From positions 186,001-250,000 of the forward strand of contig QPGO01000110.1 in NCBI GenBank assembly GCA_008632985.1: a DNA stretch of 64,000 bases, in the 5' to 3' direction. A program made the translations under genes and the position numbers. Shown piece by piece: positions 61,886 through 64,000 of the stretch (positions within the stretch are counted from its first letter, which is position 1; every line of letters begins with the position of its first letter). Under the pieces are notes generated by a model, which did not search any database, had not been told where the DNA came from, and saw nothing but the letters and a program-made list of their open reading frames with translations. Origin of the DNA: Psammoneis japonica (taxonomy: Eukaryota).

Positions 61886-64000
61886 GGATGTCTCTTGTGT
61901 TTTTTGTTGAAGCTTGTGCAAGAAAAGCCAGTGAGATGTCAGATGAAATGCAAAAAAAACAACTGCAATTAAAAATTTTGCAAAGGAAAGCAGAGACCAC
62001 TGCATTGGGGCCTCTGACATGGCAGACTCCATGTGCTGACAATGTGTTCCAGCTCTCTAGCCAGGTGGGACCTTGCACTGCTGAACTGTGACATCAACAG
62101 TTTTTTGGATCATGTCGCACGTTGCACACGCACATTTTTATGTGTGATGTTCTGCCAAATTGTTTCATGCTCCCTGTTTTGCAAAGCCAAAGGCTTTCTG
62201 TTTTCAACATTTTTGAGAGAACAAAAATGCACTGGGTGCATTCTTTAATGTCTGTGAAACACACCCGGGCAAACTGTCAATGATGTGCTCCAAGTGTGAA
62301 GGAGGAGATGCGTTCGTAACACTGCCTCTTTTTCTGTTGGCAGTCATCATTTGCATTTTCATTGCTTGACAAATTTGCTGCGGAGCTCGCACGTAGAGCT
62401 CCATGGACCAAATGTCACACGGAGTCCCGCCTGAAGCTGGAACCTGTTTGACAAAGGCGGCCGGCTTGTCTGGTGCATTCTTGCCCACAGACACAACCTG
62501 TTTTGCACTGCACGGCCGAATTGCCGTGACACCTCCTGAGCCAGAATTTTGTCACCATGACAAAACCACGGCTGCTGGTGACATGCTCTTTTGTTGTGGT
62601 GACTGCTCAACAAGACGTTTGCTTTCCCTGACACCACTTGCACACTTGACAACAGAAACCAAGAGGTTTGCATCAAGCAAGTCACATTCCTTGTTGTGCA
62701 CTTTCCACGGGCTCAGGAAGCATCAGTGCTGATGCTGTTTTTTTCTCTTCAGCTCCCATCATGGCACAACCCAACACATCTCACTTGAAGATGGTCATCT
62801 CCATTGCCATCAACTGGAGCCTGCCACCACTGGCATGTCTGCCAGCTTTGGTGCTCCTCTTCCTGTGGGAGTGACAACAGACAAATCATCCACGCCCTCT
62901 CCCAACCGCAAGCAAGATCCTCAGAGGAACCATCACAATGGTGTCTGACTTTGCCCTTGCATCTGCCATGTGAAAAAGAAGAATGCAAACAGAGTGTGAA
63001 GGACTTCATTGATGCTGCTGATCAAAAGAGATGTGTTGTCATCATTGCCTGTCTTGTGCCAACAACAGGAGGCCACGTGGAAGTGGCAATGTCAAGAGCA
63101 ACAACATGAGGGAGGTGTCCTGCATCCTGCTGTCACCTGTTTTGGAATTCTTGTTCACCACCTGAATCTTCCGGCATTCATTGATGGAAAAACATTGATT
63201 TGGGACAGACACCATGCAAGTCTGTGCTGCTCTTGATCGCTTGCTGTGCAGCGAGAAAACTGATTCAAGCGGTGGCCTTTTGATGACATGGTCAGCTCCA
63301 ACTGGTTTTGCATTTGAGCACTTGGGTCTCTTTTTGGACAATGCCCTGAGAATCGACTGTGGAAGGCAGTTGACCCAAACAGCATTTTGTTTGCCAATGA
63401 GCCACACCAGTGTTGCATGACATTGGCAGTTGTGCTGTTGTAAGATTGCACACTGAAGCTGCTCCAGTCAGCTGCAAACACTCTGTCAATGACAACGGCG
63501 GGGACCCAAGACAACCGACATCATGTTCCAGCTCTGTGACAGAGCAGCCCCAATCAAACACTGCTGAAATCAACTCTTGATTCTTGTTGCCAAACTCTTC
63601 CAGATGAGAAGCCCTGTCATGTGACCCCCAACAAAGCAAAGGACAACCACAATCTCAATTTGGATCATGACAAATGTCACCGCAACAATTTCCAAGCTTC
63701 ATCTCATGCTGCTGCATTGTCAACCAGGCATTCAAACAATGTGGAATGGGAGTTTTTTGCCACCTCCATCAGTTGCGACAGATTCAACAATGCACGCTGA
63801 AACTTCAAATGGGGGCTGAGGCAACACAAACCCCGAGACAATGGTTTGAAGACTCTGCCTCCTTTTTGCAACTTTGTCTCTTGCTGCAAGTTTTCTGACT
63901 TTCTCACGAGCTTCCTTCTCTGCTTCACCAGCTTCCTCGACTGCTGCAAAATTTTCCTTGACTTTCTCATGAACTTCCTTTTCTGCTTCCAGCATTTCTT

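Larger units (their letters stand above)
57440..64000. repeat. Decayed repeat block, TpA/CpG-depleted; includes a tandem pair of about 156 bp starting at 59170 and 59326
   Basis: Composition; no credible intact ORF. Confidence 0.7.

Noticed and set aside
1..64000. Numerous overlapping Cys/His-rich ORFs of 60-290 aa in all six frames
   Set aside because: Artefact of TA loss: TAA/TAG stops and Tyr codons are erased and TGY/CAY codons are created. They are not metal-binding protein genes.
1..64000. Classical fungal RIP or a sequencing/bisulfite artefact as the cause of the skew
   Set aside because: RIP increases TA rather than removing it, and an artefact would not respect gene boundaries, spare a nested MITE or hit both strands differently in paired LTRs.
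1..64000. tRNA or rRNA genes
   Set aside because: None recognised by eye.

Overview
Eukaryotic nuclear DNA, most likely from a diatom or related stramenopile (short GT-AG introns, CoDi-like Copia, diatom-type gene families). Ordinary gene islands (about 2.7-5.1, 24.2-29.3, 33.3-41.4 and 53.7-57.4 kb) alternate with transposon-derived blocks. The genes are two paralogous kinase-like genes, a GT90 glycosyltransferase, an acylphosphatase, a BTB/BACK protein fused through an in-frame UGA to a deiodinase-like selenoprotein domain with a SECIS-like hairpin, WDR6/TRM734, a hypothetical protein and a STAND/AAA ATPase. The mobile elements are a Kolobok-like transposon with an intact transposase, a large decayed Plavaka-like multi-ORF element, a full-length Copia with two nested insertions, two TIR elements with 4-bp TSDs and a Penelope-like fragment. 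The most striking signal is a repeat-restricted hypermutation that converts TpA (and CpG) to TpG/CpA. TpA is almost absent from old repeats, conserved Tyr codons read as Cys/His, and all 20 differences between the two Copia LTRs are transitions at YpR dinucleotides. This resembles a RIP-like genome defence that acts on adenines in TpA. It also explains the many spurious Cys/His-rich, Tyr-free ORFs in the ORF track. All family assignments are by motif recognition only; no searches were run.
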